A DNA stretch of 64,000 nucleotides from Patellaria atrata CBS 101060 (taxonomy: Eukaryota): NCBI GenBank assembly GCA_010093705.1, contig MU006090.1, positions 620,001-684,000 of the forward strand. The letters are read 5' to 3'. Position numbers and translations under genes: made by a program. The notes under the pieces are model-generated. The model was given only the letters and a program-made list of their open reading frames with translations, ran no database searches and had not been told where the DNA came from. Each line of letters starts with the position of its first letter. Position 1 is the first letter of the stretch. Below are positions 48,987 through 61,278 of the stretch, piece after piece.

Positions 48987-50502
48987 TCTCTTGCGATTCC
49001 TGTTGATGTTCCCGTGGGTTTGATTTCTCTACGGGTGGGACCGAAGTATTCAATTGCTTCTTGTTATTTTTCCTATTTCGATTTTTACCCATTTCTGGAT
49101 ATTCTAAGGGCCATTGACGAGCCCTCCGCTCATAGTCGAAGTAGAATGAGGGGTCAGATTACGGAGATAGCAAATAAGATTCAATGCCTATCAATGGCGA
49201 ACAGAATTGTCGAAGTTCAAACGGACGACTGAAATATAATTACGGTGTACAAAATCGAAGATGAGATTCTGAAAAAGTAAGATAGAAAGAGCGATATAGC
49301 ATCACGGGACACAAAAGGACGAATCTCGAGGAAGCTCACAGATGACACGATCTGACCTACATCCCCACACTATGAACAAGCCCTCTCGAAAAGGAGTCGG
49401 GGTTGTATAGAGTACCATCTGGCAGGTCGCCGTGCTTTCCCGTCATGTAGCATACAGAAGCATACATGACCTCCGCCTTGGCTGCATTTATCATTGGAGC
49501 CACGTCAAACCAGTCGTTCTCCATCTTGAGATATCTGTTGAGGCATTCTGAGGCGACCGATAGCGGGTAAAAGTCGCTTCAAATGGCATGCGGGTAGTAT
49601 CGAACAGCGTTAACATGAATGCATGCTAAATGGAGTCGAAGACGTGGTTGGGTCGACGTGCAGAGTCCAGTCTCATCTCAATACGCTGGGGATGGGGGAG
49701 TCTGGGGAGGGTGGATGATTTGTCCGAGACTCATTCGCCTGGATGACTTGCGCGTGGCCTGGCAGAATTAGAATTCTGCTGTACAAGTACAAGTACCTGA
49801 CATTTGTCCTCGCGAACGTGCTTCATCCCACTCATCATTGCAGCTCGAAACTAGGGCTTGTTGGCTCTAGGGTTGCGATTGGGATTATGGTTTGTGTTCT
49901 CGAGAAAAAGAATTAGAGCGTTGCAAAGATGATTGACGTGTCTCGCTTGAGCCTTGGTGCGATCCGTTCCGACGAGCGCATCTGCCGCCAATTTGTGTCC
50001 GTTCTAACTGGAATGCGATACTATCGTAGCTATGTTTAGGTTGAGAGTCAAATGAACACACTGGATTGTATGATTTTGTATTTTAGTTACTCTGAGAGGC
50101 TCAAGAAGTCCTCCTGGCTCCTATCACTACTCTATGCCAAAAATAACTAATCCATTGAAATTCATTGATCACGAAGATCTCTCGCAGGCTTGGAAAGGAA
50201 CATATTTTCCATTTTGGATAATCCGTTCATGTTAAGACTGCTGAGTATTACTAAGATACATGATGTTCGAAACCGCACGTGATGTGGTCTTAACTTTCGA
50301 TGAATCTCATTTAGAGCTAACCGCATTTGGCGTAACCGGACCGCTGGAGTGAGCTTCAAGAGTAGCAGATGGTATAAGGCACTCAGCTCCATACCTTAGT
50401 CAACTCTGCCTACTATGCATGTCGTAGTCACAGCAGTTGGACGTTGCTAACACAGAAAAGAAAAACAGTATGACCGTGTAACGAGCAATTCACCGTTGAT
50501 TG

Positions 50503-51920
50503 CTACCGTTTAACACATAAATCACTCCGTATAATCCATTTCTCGCCTTCAAGGACCTCCCGGCCTTCGTGTAACATGCAGTCTGCGCCATGTCGATGGA
50601 GTAGGGCCATACCTACTTCCAGCTCCACAACCACAGGTTTTGGCTGTGTAGTAGTTTTCGGCATAGTTTTCCTCCGAGGTAAGGGATCTGGATAGAAGAC
50701 TGTCTCGCCGCCGATACATCCAGTTGCAGGTGAAGTCAGATATAGCAGGAGTGTCCAGGTGGTTTTAGCATTGATAGGAGGGTTCCCTGGTATGACTACA
50801 TTGTTGGAGTCGTCATCTGTAAGCATACTTAGTTTATAAACCTTGTTACTGTGATTTCAAGATTTAGGTGTATACAGTACATATGAAGGCGTGAAGTTCC
50901 AAGTATTACGGAAGGAAAAGGTTGAGTGTATCGCCCCTAGTATTGGTTGACACAACTTATCTATACCCACTCACCTATGGGAGTTTGATGTTTGACTCCC
51001 TTATACTTACAGGACATGATATCTCTTTCCTTGTCAAAGTCCAAACCCAAGGCTTACTATAGGCCTTGTTTACACTTACAGACGGAGCAAGTGGCTCTAT
51101 TAGTCAATACCTCTTTAAAGCATGGACTGTCCGTGCGTCCATACATCTTGCAACCGTTTTTGAAAAGTATAGCGAAGTAGCTTATCTTTCCGGAGCCACC
51201 ATATACTAAGTCGGAAGGACCAGAATAACGGAAGAGATATAATTTAGAGGGATAAGATACAACAAGGGATCATTAGTTCCTAGCATTTAGTAGTACGACC
51301 AGCGTATAATAAACATAATGTGCTGCCAACAACTATTCTAACAAAACATCAATGAGATTTATGCTTACAGTGCTGATCAAAGAACTGCCCCTTTCTGTAT
51401 CTATAGATACGTATGTTGGGATTCAGACAAGCCTTTTGCCGAGCCATTAGAAGGGGCGAGACTTGTACCAGGAGATATGGCAAGTACTTACAACTTCTCC
51501 GCCCCAGAGACTACGTCTCTCTTCCTGCGACATTGAAAGACTGTCATAGATATCGGTGTTGTTCCCAAGCACGAGGTCTTTCAAGCCCGTCCCTGACCAT
51601 AACCTCTCAGCGAACGCCGGATCGTCTACCTGGAACCGATCATTTACTCTAGTTGCTTCACCTCGTTTTGGCTTTCCCGGCGTGGTCGTAAGAGGAAGAC
51701 TAGAGAGAAAGGAAACGTAGTTCTTGCACAGAGTTGACGTCCAGAAACTAGGGATAGCTAGGATTTGGTTGGGCATAATGATCCTCCACTCAAGGGCTGA
51801 TGTAGGAACCAATGGTTTGAAAGATGGCCAATCAAGAACTTGACTCCCGGAATTCCCGCCGGTACTGCTTTGATCACCAGTGGAGGTAGATGCATCTTTC
51901 TTCTTTGCCTTAGGAGCCAT
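50503..51920 (-). CDS. 2OG-Fe(II) oxygenase, prolyl-4-hydroxylase-like (exons 51920-51492, 51432-51369, 50816-50503)
   Basis: Spliced LNPNIRIYRYRKGQFFDQHYDD (HxD), WTLLLYL, GGETVF, MLHEG (distal His) and KWIIRSD. Confidence 0.92.
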
Positions 51921-52336
51921 CGTAGGTAAGTCAATTGTGAAGAGGAAGTGTGATTGTTCAATTCTTATGCCTGAGCTCGTACGCAGCTTGTAAGGGCTCC
52001 TTTAAGCAGAAACTATCCTCCTAGGTCAAATAAGTAAGTTACCGTAACTCTTTGGTACCATAAGAGGGTCTGTCAAATTACTAGTTTTGGAAAAAGTTTC
52101 TGTGGAGCCCTGGGTGGAGCGTGAGCGGAATCTTCACGTGAATGTTTAAGGTACCGTAGGCGCAAATTGTCTTCAGAAAGCTCCTTCCTCAAAACAGCTG
52201 CATCAATGCGCATCAATTGGTCATTCAGTCCCAGGCGAAAAGAAAGTGAGGGTTGGAGGTTGCGGTGTTGTCGGGACAGATATAAATTGAACAGAAGCTG
52301 ACCGTCGCTAGAACGAATCTGGAATCCCGGTCAAAA

Positions 52337-55300
52337 ATGGGTCGTTGGCGGCAGGAGCCATCAGGGCAATCAGAGCCACCAGAGCAAGAGCCACCAGCAG
52401 GAGAGGGCCAGCAGCAGCCAAGGCTTCAAGGGCTTGTTGACCGCGACAAACTGCACGACTCGCCCATCGCAAATCCCATTCTTCAACCTCCACTTGGGGA
52501 AAATCCAGCCTCAAGTCCCCCAACACGTCGCCCAGCCAGAAGACTCCTCTGCCCCTACCCACGCGCTCAAGAACAGTCTCAGCAACAGCATCATCTCGGT
52601 ATAAGAGCACTTCAATATGGTGTCTCGCCGTGGGATCCATTAGTAGGTCCAGACCACTTACTGTTCACACAAAATGCCCTCTTTGGAGATTTCGGATTTC
52701 CGACCATGGAAGACAGTATACAGGGACCAAGCGACCTCATGGTTCAGTCAGAGGGCCAGTCGCAGCTTCCTAGTCGTAACCCAGAGTCGCCCTCATCGAT
52801 TCAACTCGTCAATAAGAGAAGCAGCCAGCTGCAAGTCGAGGACCTCTTGATATCTCAGCAGCACGTAAACGATACAACATCACATACAGAGATTCCGGCC
52901 TCTAAGATCCCCCCTGCGGACTCACAGTCGCCAAATGCTCCAGAAGAGAGTTTGCCAGCAGATTCTGTTCTTGGCCAGTCACAAGATGTAAAACAAGATA
53001 GCGTCGCAACAAACGAGATTCAGTCTCCGAACAAGCACACTTTAAATGGGAACACCTCTGATGTTGACCTAGCGTTGGATGCGTTAACTGTGCCACATCC
53101 GTCAGTTCACAACGCTGGTATCATATCCTCTGCATCCGCCCAGTTCCCCACGCTCCCCTCAACAACTATCTCGACGCACAATGTCCTTGATAATGGGATT
53201 ACTGTAGTGGAAGGAAACGCTATCATACAAACAATGGATACAATACCAGATGGCAGCTTAATAACCCAAACCCCGTTGGAAGGGGAACCAGATACCTCAC
53301 AGCAGCTTTTCTCTACCCACGCCGGCCTTCAGGATCCTTTTGTATACGCACCCGATTTGTCTTTCCAAGGAGATAGCATGGTTATTCATGGTACGCAAGA
53401 TGTCGAGGGTACATATTCTGTTGCTACATCAGAAGCCCCGAATCGTGTAGCCGCGTTTGCGAAGCTAGAGTTCGATGATGGCCACTTTTACATGCGAACC
53501 TACTCGGTCGCACTTGGTCGTGATGTTCGTGCATCCAGACTTGCGATGATGGCAGAAATGAGAGCAAAAAAGGCCGAGACGGAAGCGGATGCTCCACAGA
53601 CACCCGTACGGACGAGAGATAATGATAGTGTGTGTCTCAGCCATATAAGTGCCAGTGGAGGCATTGTAGGGCGACATGATCAAGTGTTTAGTGAAACACA
53701 TCGGAAGAAACCTAAGAGAAAGCGATCAAAGTCGACGACGTCTTCATCATTTTACGACACCTCGAACGATCATTCCCAGTACTACCGTGACGGCAAGACC
53801 GACTATCAAGCTCTTGCTATGGATCTGATGACTGGTAATGGCGATATCAATCCTGATACCCTATATCCTTCCTTGACCGACTGCCCTTTGATCCCCATAC
53901 ACCCGCCCTCGACTGATGGCAACCCTTCCAGCCACAAAGGAATTTCGCGACGGCATGTCGAGATTGCTTTTAATTTCAAGACTTCAAAATGGGAAATGAG
54001 AGTACTGGGTAGGAATGGTGCCTTCCTCGACGGAAACTGGCATCCTTTCGAGTCAGTTGTAGTATTACGTCACAAGAGTATCATTCAGATTGGGGGCGTG
54101 CAGGTCAAATTTCTACTCCCTGAAGAGGCAGAAGAAAGTGACGCTGACGATGATGATACCGGGAGCATTGCTGGCCGTATTAGCTTTGATTTCGAAGATG
54201 GTGAAGGTGAGAGCATCATCAACCCAGGAGAGATGGTCAGTGAAAGTGAGAGCGAACCATTGAGTAACACCCTGGCGCCGGGCTACGGTGATTGGGCGGA
54301 TGAGGATGATGAAGATGAGAGCGACTCGTCTGAATCTTCTGAGGAGGAGGAAGAGCCAACAAAAGCTCCCATCAAGCGTTCCAAACCGGTCAAAGCACCT
54401 CAACGCGTAAAATTGACTCTTAAATCGAGTGCTTACAAGCACGGCAAGAAAGAGTCCCACTCCAATGTCAAATCCAGGAAGAAGGTGGTGTCCCCACCTC
54501 CAAAATCAAACCTTAAAACATTGTCGAAATCACAGTCCAAGGCTGAAGCTAATCGCCGTCCGAAAGAGTCTGAGAAAGAACCTAAGAAATCTATAGCGAA
54601 ACCTCCGCCAAAAAGAGATAATAAAGCTGAAAAAACTTTACCGTCGAAGAAAAAACCTGCAGTCGAATCTCCGGAAGCCGAGAAAGATCGGCCCAGCGCA
54701 TCGGCTGAAGAACCTAAGAAGGCAACGAAAATGCTGACTCCTCAACAGGACAGTCAGCCATCCGCCGAAAATGGAAATCAAGTCTTCGTTGATGGTATTG
54801 GCTTTGTCCCTTTTGAGAGAAGGAAAGGTCCGGGGAGACCTCCGAAGGATGGGATGATGTCGAAGAGAGAAAAAGCGGCACTTATTCGGAAGATGAAAGA
54901 TGAGGAGAAAGCTCGTAGTTTGGGAATCGATCCCTCTGAACTACCTCAACCTCCAGCTCGAAACAAACCAGATAAAGCACCGAAAGATCCTAAGGAAGAT
55001 CCTGGTCCGGATACAGCGATAAAGACGACAGAAGGGACTCCGAACGATGATGGGACCCCGACACAATCAGCTGACAAAAAGACTGCTAAGCCTCCCAAAG
55101 TGCAGCGCTCCCCTTCACCTGTCTATCAGAGATCAGATTTTACCGACGAGCAACTCTCTAAACCTCAGAACAATTATGTCTATCTTCTTCATGAGGCAAT
55201 ATTGAACTCTGAAAAGGGGCATATGAACCTTCAAGAAATCTATAAAGCATTAGTCAATAAGTATCCCTACTTTCGCTTTCAGGAGACTCATGGATGGCAG

Positions 55301-57139
55301 AGTAGTGTTCGGCACAACTTGAATCCCCCGAAGGACGATAAAGGGAATGAGAAGCCACATTACTTCATGCGGCAGAGCAAGGATGGCAAAGGACACAATT
55401 GGAAGCTGAATCCCGATATGCCTTTCGAACCCGAGAAGAAGAAGAAAGCTGTATCACCTGCCCGGACTTCCATCCCGCCCCGTCAACCGCAAGCATATTA
55501 TCCTCCCTTTCCTCGGCAGATACCCCAGGGTCAACCAATTGGACCATATGGGACAATGCCTCCTTATCAGGGACCTTCCCCCTCACCTTATCCAGCACCC
55601 CCTCCCCGTCTTCCTCCGGGTATCAATGGAGTACCTCCAAACCTAACCGCCCCTCAACCCGCAGGTTCCTACTCATCGCCATATGCGCAAGCCGCTCAGC
55701 AGACCGCCCCTCGTCCATCCCCTTATCCGCCTTCTACCTCCCCTCCTAATAACGGTCCTCCTAATAACGGCCTTCCCAAAAACGGCCCTCCCAATAACGG
55801 TCCTCCCAATAACGGTCTTCCCAATAACGGTCCTCCCAATAACGGCCCTGGAGGTCGTCCACCTGGACCAACAGGAACTCCTGGAAGTTATCCACCACCT
55901 AAGTACAGTCGAACGCACTCCCCTTACGTCAACACATCACAACATGTCCCTAACCAACATCAACCAGTACCTAGACCACAGCAACCACTTCACGAATTCC
56001 TTTCCCCCGATAGCTCCGTCATGAGGCTATTCAAAGAGAAGTTTATCGAGGGCTCATCTCCCCAGGATCATCGGCAAGAGATTCTTGATGAAGCCATAGA
56101 ACGGCTGCTCCATCCAGACAAGTTTGCAGAGCTGGGCGAGCCCAATCCTGGTGTTGAACTTATCATCAAGACTATTATGCACGTTTATAATGGCAAGGTG
56201 AACTCTTTGAATCTGTCATCTCCTCCACCGTCTGCTCCAACCGCTCCACTGAGAGACATTCCAGCTCAGCAAGCTCCACACCCAACACCAGATATGAGTC
56301 TCATCAATACCTTGAAGAATGTCTCAGAGACTGCAAAGACAAAATCCCAGTCGGACGAGCAACAAGGCGCGCGTCCGAACTCCCCCTCAAAAGCTAACCC
56401 CTCCGCCCCTGGAGTCTCTTCTAATAACCATATTCCTCCCAGCACGGCCGCATCATCTTCAATTCCACATACAACAACACCCCTTCTCACAAACCCTCAC
56501 CAATACCTCTTAAATGGAACAACCAGCTCCACCACCCCTCCATACCCCTATTATCAACAAGTCCCCACTGCGTCCATGGTAGCGACACCAGCTCCCACCG
56601 CCACCATGGTAGTCGCACCGCCAGCGCCTACAAGCCCACGATCTTCAACACCGATTGGCTCTCCTTCCGCCTTTTCAGCGCCAACGCAACACGCAGTAGA
56701 TATGCAAACCCCCCAACCACCCCGCCCCAATCTTAACTTACAACATCTCTCCAAACCCCCCGCAGGTCATCACAGTCCCGTGCGGCCGGAGTACGAGCTC
56801 CTAACGCCTTTGGGGGGCAGTCCGCGGACTGAGCCGGACTCGAGACCTGCGTCGAGCGCCGGATTCGGACTGGGTCTGGGTGTTGTCGCGGGTGTGAAAA
56901 GAAGTTTGGAGGATGCTGGACTAGGTGGAGACGGCGATACAGAGGGGGGGAGAGGGGATGAGGGGGGTGTTAGCAACGTAGCCCCGGAGCCAGCTCTCAC
57001 TGCTACTAAGAATATTGTTACGTCTGTCGGATCTGCTAAGGCTGACATGCAAAAGAAAGAGGGTAGCAATATGGCCTCGGTGGCTGAGAACGGGGATACA
57101 GTGAGCGGAAATCCAAATAAGCGGGTGAAGGTAGAGTGA
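52337..57139 (+). CDS. FHL1: FHA + forkhead transcription factor, FHL1-like (true start possibly the ATG at 52706)
   Basis: FHA motifs AFAKLEFDDGHFYM...LGRD, ISRRH and LGRNG. AT-hook-like KGPGRPPKDG. Forkhead KPQNNYVYLLHEAI...GWQSSVRHNL. Confidence 0.85.
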   Translation: MGRWRQEPSGQSEPPEQEPPAGEGQQQPRLQGLVDRDKLHDSPIANPILQPPLGENPASSPPTRRPARRLLCPYPRAQEQSQQQHHLGIRALQYGVSPWDPLVGPDHLLFTQNALFGDFGFPTMEDSIQGPSDLMVQSEGQSQLPSRNPESPSSIQLVNKRSSQLQVEDLLISQQHVNDTTSHTEIPASKIPPADSQSPNAPEESLPADSVLGQSQDVKQDSVATNEIQSPNKHTLNGNTSDVDLALDALTVPHPSVHNAGIISSASAQFPTLPSTTISTHNVLDNGITVVEGNAIIQTMDTIPDGSLITQTPLEGEPDTSQQLFSTHAGLQDPFVYAPDLSFQGDSMVIHGTQDVEGTYSVATSEAPNRVAAFAKLEFDDGHFYMRTYSVALGRDVRASRLAMMAEMRAKKAETEADAPQTPVRTRDNDSVCLSHISASGGIVGRHDQVFSETHRKKPKRKRSKSTTSSSFYDTSNDHSQYYRDGKTDYQALAMDLMTGNGDINPDTLYPSLTDCPLIPIHPPSTDGNPSSHKGISRRHVEIAFNFKTSKWEMRVLGRNGAFLDGNWHPFESVVVLRHKSIIQIGGVQVKFLLPEEAEESDADDDDTGSIAGRISFDFEDGEGESIINPGEMVSESESEPLSNTLAPGYGDWADEDDEDESDSSESSEEEEEPTKAPIKRSKPVKAPQRVKLTLKSSAYKHGKKESHSNVKSRKKVVSPPPKSNLKTLSKSQSKAEANRRPKESEKEPKKSIAKPPPKRDNKAEKTLPSKKKPAVESPEAEKDRPSASAEEPKKATKMLTPQQDSQPSAENGNQVFVDGIGFVPFERRKGPGRPPKDGMMSKREKAALIRKMKDEEKARSLGIDPSELPQPPARNKPDKAPKDPKEDPGPDTAIKTTEGTPNDDGTPTQSADKKTAKPPKVQRSPSPVYQRSDFTDEQLSKPQNNYVYLLHEAILNSEKGHMNLQEIYKALVNKYPYFRFQETHGWQSSVRHNLNPPKDDKGNEKPHYFMRQSKDGKGHNWKLNPDMPFEPEKKKKAVSPARTSIPPRQPQAYYPPFPRQIPQGQPIGPYGTMPPYQGPSPSPYPAPPPRLPPGINGVPPNLTAPQPAGSYSSPYAQAAQQTAPRPSPYPPSTSPPNNGPPNNGLPKNGPPNNGPPNNGLPNNGPPNNGPGGRPPGPTGTPGSYPPPKYSRTHSPYVNTSQHVPNQHQPVPRPQQPLHEFLSPDSSVMRLFKEKFIEGSSPQDHRQEILDEAIERLLHPDKFAELGEPNPGVELIIKTIMHVYNGKVNSLNLSSPPPSAPTAPLRDIPAQQAPHPTPDMSLINTLKNVSETAKTKSQSDEQQGARPNSPSKANPSAPGVSSNNHIPPSTAASSSIPHTTTPLLTNPHQYLLNGTTSSTTPPYPYYQQVPTASMVATPAPTATMVVAPPAPTSPRSSTPIGSPSAFSAPTQHAVDMQTPQPPRPNLNLQHLSKPPAGHHSPVRPEYELLTPLGGSPRTEPDSRPASSAGFGLGLGVVAGVKRSLEDAGLGGDGDTEGGRGDEGGVSNVAPEPALTATKNIVTSVGSAKADMQKKEGSNMASVAENGDTVSGNPNKRVKVE
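55742..55846 (+). repeat. Coding 15-bp repeat, (P/L)P(N/K)NG x7, in the FHL1-like gene
   Basis: CCTCCYAATAACGGY tandem units. Confidence 0.9.
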
Positions 57140-57812
57140 TCTACTGCTCCCCTCTTCGCTTCTCCCTCACCTCCGTTACGAGGATAACCATCGCTGGCAA
57201 ATGTTGTGATATGCTGCTGGGGTTTAGACAGGTCCGTTTTAGATCGTTATACGCGGCATTTGACTTTGAGAGGCTGGATGTTGGTTCCTTTGAGACTTGC
57301 TAATAGCAAGGAATCATCATCGTGCTGCGGCATATCAATACCACGCAGCGTTGCACAATTTCAGTGATTTATGCTCGCACACATGCATGGCGTTACGGTT
57401 AGGTTTGACAATATGGGATGCAATGCGGAAACTGGACCGGCGGGTCCATTCTTCGATATATGCGACGATTTCTGCAATCGGATTCATGTGAATAGTTAAA
57501 CAACACGTTTGTTTTCAGTAGATGTGGATGAAATGGTATATTTATAATGCTTAGATTATACGCGGATAGATGATGTGGTGATGTTTCGTGACCCAACCTC
57601 CCCGAACTGCGATATGGAATTGAGCTATCGTTGAGAGATATGGAACGAAAAATGTGAGGATGGAGATCTACATAGCATGGGACGCCCGACTCGTCGCATA
57701 TCTTGCCATAACGCCATAAGACAGAAACACGATAAAGTTGCCGCTACTAAAGAGGATAGAGGTATGATGGAGAAATGGGTTGCTGGAGAGGGGGGGGGGG
57801 GGGAAGACATGA

Positions 57813-58855
57813 TCACATCGCCATCTCCGCCTGCAATTTCCGCAGTTCCTCTTCTTCGTCTTCTTCTTCTCGTGCGGGTGCTTTGCTTCTGACTGTATCA
57901 AGATTCTCAAATTAGCCGCTATTCACAGACGTAATATATTTGCCCTGACATCCACGATGATATTTATTCGGCTCATGTCCACAAAATTCGAATGTCGTAG
58001 ATGCGCCAGGTGTGAAATGGAGTTATGGAACTCACCTTCTCTGTCCGCCACCGATGGCAGTCTTGCAACATCGTCTGTGACCGGTACCGTACCGGTCTTG
58101 AGCATCTTGTTATCCAGCTCCTCCTGCTGCAATTCCGCGAGTTCCTCGTCCAGCTCGTCTTCGTCGAGGTTGGCATTGCCGATGCCTTGGGTTATGGCTT
58201 CGCCGATCTCTTCGCCGATGGCGTGTTGTTCGCGGAGTTCTTCCCTGTAGTCACGATTGTGTTACTTACAAATCCGAGCAAAAGGAGACGCTAGATGTCA
58301 GGGGTATTGAAGGTAGGGGTAGGAAGGGCCATAAGGATATGGCAATATCTGCACATACATTGTTTGGTCCACCTTGTCGATTGTCAAACCACCGTGTATC
58401 TCCTTCATAGCTTTGCTTGCATTCTTCATTGCGTCTAGTGTCTCCTTATTTATGTTTGCGGATTCGATGGAGTAGATTTCCCGTTCGAGGGTCATGATTT
58501 GCCCGCTTGTTTGTTCTAGAGAGTGTTCGAATTGTTTCTTACGCCGTAAAGCGGCTTTAGCGACTATAGGAAGCGAACGTAAGTATACTTTCCAGATATC
58601 CTCAAAGTTAACATGATACAGCTGGGTAGGCTGGAGCCTTTGCCCAGGTACCTTGTCCCATAGTCACATACCGTTTTTGTTGGTTGTTACATTCTTCCTC
58701 GCGATAGCATCCTGCTCCTCCATCTGATGTTGTAGATGCTTCTCTCGCTTCGATAACATTTCGAGCTGCGATCGTAGCTGTAGGATAGCATTCTTGGGCG
58801 CATCCTTCTTCTTCGTCGCCGCACCTCCAAACCAACCCATCCCCCAGCCCGACAT
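57813..58855 (-). CDS. SNF7: ESCRT-III subunit Snf7/Vps32 (exons 58855-58672, 58563-58359, 58244-58036, 57892-57813)
   Basis: KDAPKNAILQLRSQLEMLSKREKHL, AKAALRRKK, IESANINKETLDAM, DEDELDEELAELQQEELD and the terminal EEEELRKLQAEMAM*. Confidence 0.96.
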
Positions 58856-59430
58856 TTTCAGGTTTTAAACTGAATGAGAAGTTTTTGAAGGCGAGATAAT
58901 ATACCGTACACGCCCACAAGATCGACGGGTCGGAAGGTCTGTTTCCAAGTTCTCTGGTATGGATATTAGGTTTCGGTAGTGGTGGGGCGTCGGGGCGGAT
59001 ATCGGTCTCTGGAGACTGAGATTTGGGATAAAGCCTCTGAAAAGGATGCGAAAGAACCTAAGAGAGTGCTGTTAAACGTGTTCAGCTTTAGATTTACGTA
59101 GACGACTTGGTTCAGAAGAGTTGAAGTTCCTTGGAGCCTGAATATGATTATACCCACGTGTGTCCCTTGTGATACGGCGGGATGATGTGAAGCCCAGAGG
59201 CAGTGACATAGATTCTGCCAAGCCACTAGCACAAAAAGAGACATTTCCAGACAGTACCTTTTGAGCAAACTTTAGGTAGAATTGAAAGCACCATAATCGC
59301 AACTATAAGACATGCTTATAGCAGAGGACTAAGACTGTCAAGAGACAGATATAGAACTCCTATTGCTCTTCGTCCCATTGTGAGAGTAGGATATTCGTCG
59401 CTCCTCTCCATGAAGAGGCATTAGATTACG

Positions 59431-59920
59431 ATGGCCACTCCAGTCCCAAGCCGCACCGTTTTCCTCTCCGATCTCCAGCACCTCAAAGCTGGCGATAAAG
59501 TCCGCTTTCTGGGGTGGCATGTCTCTCTCACATGCAATGTGTATCTCAGCTAGAACTAACAACCGTAGTGTTGAGTGTTATACTGTTCAAACTGGAACCC
59601 TGACGCTCCAACACAACTATCCACCCTCCACAATCCCAGTGACCGCGGTGGTGAACATCGATCATGTCCTCGAATCGGTCAAAAGTATGGATTTGCGAAC
59701 TGGGGCCTGGCTCAATATCATCGGATACGTCAGTCCACCCGAAGAGACTCCTCGAACTCAGAGGAGTCATATAAAAGCGAAGAGTATGTGTAAGCATACA
59801 GTGAAACACGATGAGATAAGAGTGAATGTTCAAGCGATCATTTTATGGCCAACCGGTTCATTGGATATAGTGAATTACGAAACTGCGTTAGAAGCGAGGA
59901 AGCAACTGAGAAGGACATGA
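59431..59920 (+). CDS. TEN1: Telomere-capping CST subunit Ten1 (OB fold; exons 59431-59516, 59569-59920)
   Basis: GDKVRFLGC|VECY, VNIDHVLESV, GAWLNIIGYV and VQAIILW motifs typical of filamentous-fungal Ten1. Confidence 0.85.
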
Positions 59921-61278
59921 CGATGGCTCCACAGGAATGCAGTATGCTCATCGCAGCGACAGAGGCGCAACAGAGGACGACCAAAGCTCTACTTGACTTT
60001 ATGAAAGTTTCTAGCATTACGCCGCAAAATAAAGACTCCTAATACTCATCTCAAAGTAAGATATACAGCAACAGTTCTGGGTCGGGTCTCCGGGTTGAGC
60101 ATTCGTCCGTTCCCTCTGACACAGAAGATTATTTTACCCTTTCTATAAAAAGAGGCTTCCCATGATCCACGATGACGAAACCTTCTCATTGGCTTTATGT
60201 CAAACTTCCATCGTACATGAAGTATCTTCCTCAAACGCGATAATCCGAAAGATATGTCCGTAGCAAAAGACGTTTTAGCGGCACTGTGAGGTGCAATTTT
60301 TTTTTTTTCAATTCCTCGTCTTCGAAACGCGAGGTCTTCTATCAATGTCCCAGATATCGCGCCGGCAAACCGGGTTTACTCAATAGCGTCTCCGGGAAAA
60401 TAGAATACCCCCGATCTTAGGTTTCGTAGTCGTTACCGTGATTACTACGGTCTATATCGGCCCACTCGAGAGACAAAAAAAAGTTCTTTGATAGTATCCA
60501 TGATCTGTAACACAACAAGTTCACACCAGCGAAGAACGATTCCCGGGAATGGAAAGCACTCTCAATCAGTTCGCATGATGTTTTATGTGTATCTTGTTTT
60601 GCCCTGGATGTTCAGCTATATCTCTAAATGTTCCTTTTACCGCAACATAATTCGGCCCTTGACTTCAGGCATTCCTTTTTATTGCAGCTCTTCTTAGGTA
60701 TGCCCACGAGTCTTCAAGTGCTCTTATTCCTTGATGGTCTGAGGCACTGTCAAGTTCGTATAGTCTGACTCTTTACGGAGTAGACATATGAATGTCTTGC
60801 CCTATACTTTGTCTGAAGTTGTTCGAGTTTTCTCTTGATGGGTTCTCCCGGTTAGAGGCCATGAATATACCGACAAATCCCTGTGAAGAGTCAACTGTAT
60901 CATTATGTTAGGCATCATGTCCTTACCGGTAGTGAAGGCTGACCGGCGGTTCGCAGTTACCTTTTTGACTGCTTTTACACTCCGAGAGCTTCTATGGGTA
61001 TTTAAGTCTACACTTCCCCAACTTTCACCTTTTCTCAGCATTCCACATTACACTTTCCAAATATAACTTTTAATTTCTCTTATATCATTATATTCAAGCC
61101 GTATACCTGCACCTTAGCTTCTAATATTCAGCAAATCCTCCTTTACTATTCGAGCAAAGCTCTTTTGTAGGTGATCTAGCGTTCGAACATAATAAAAAGG
61201 TATCATATCGTATATACATCCCGCAGTTATTGCTTCTTCCTGAATTGTTTTCAACGATGCGATACCGCCGACATATTT

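Noticed and set aside
57893..58035. snoRNA in the 143-nt SNF7 intron
   Set aside because: A terminal CTGA is present, but there is no convincing box C (RTGATGA) and no H/ACA fold.
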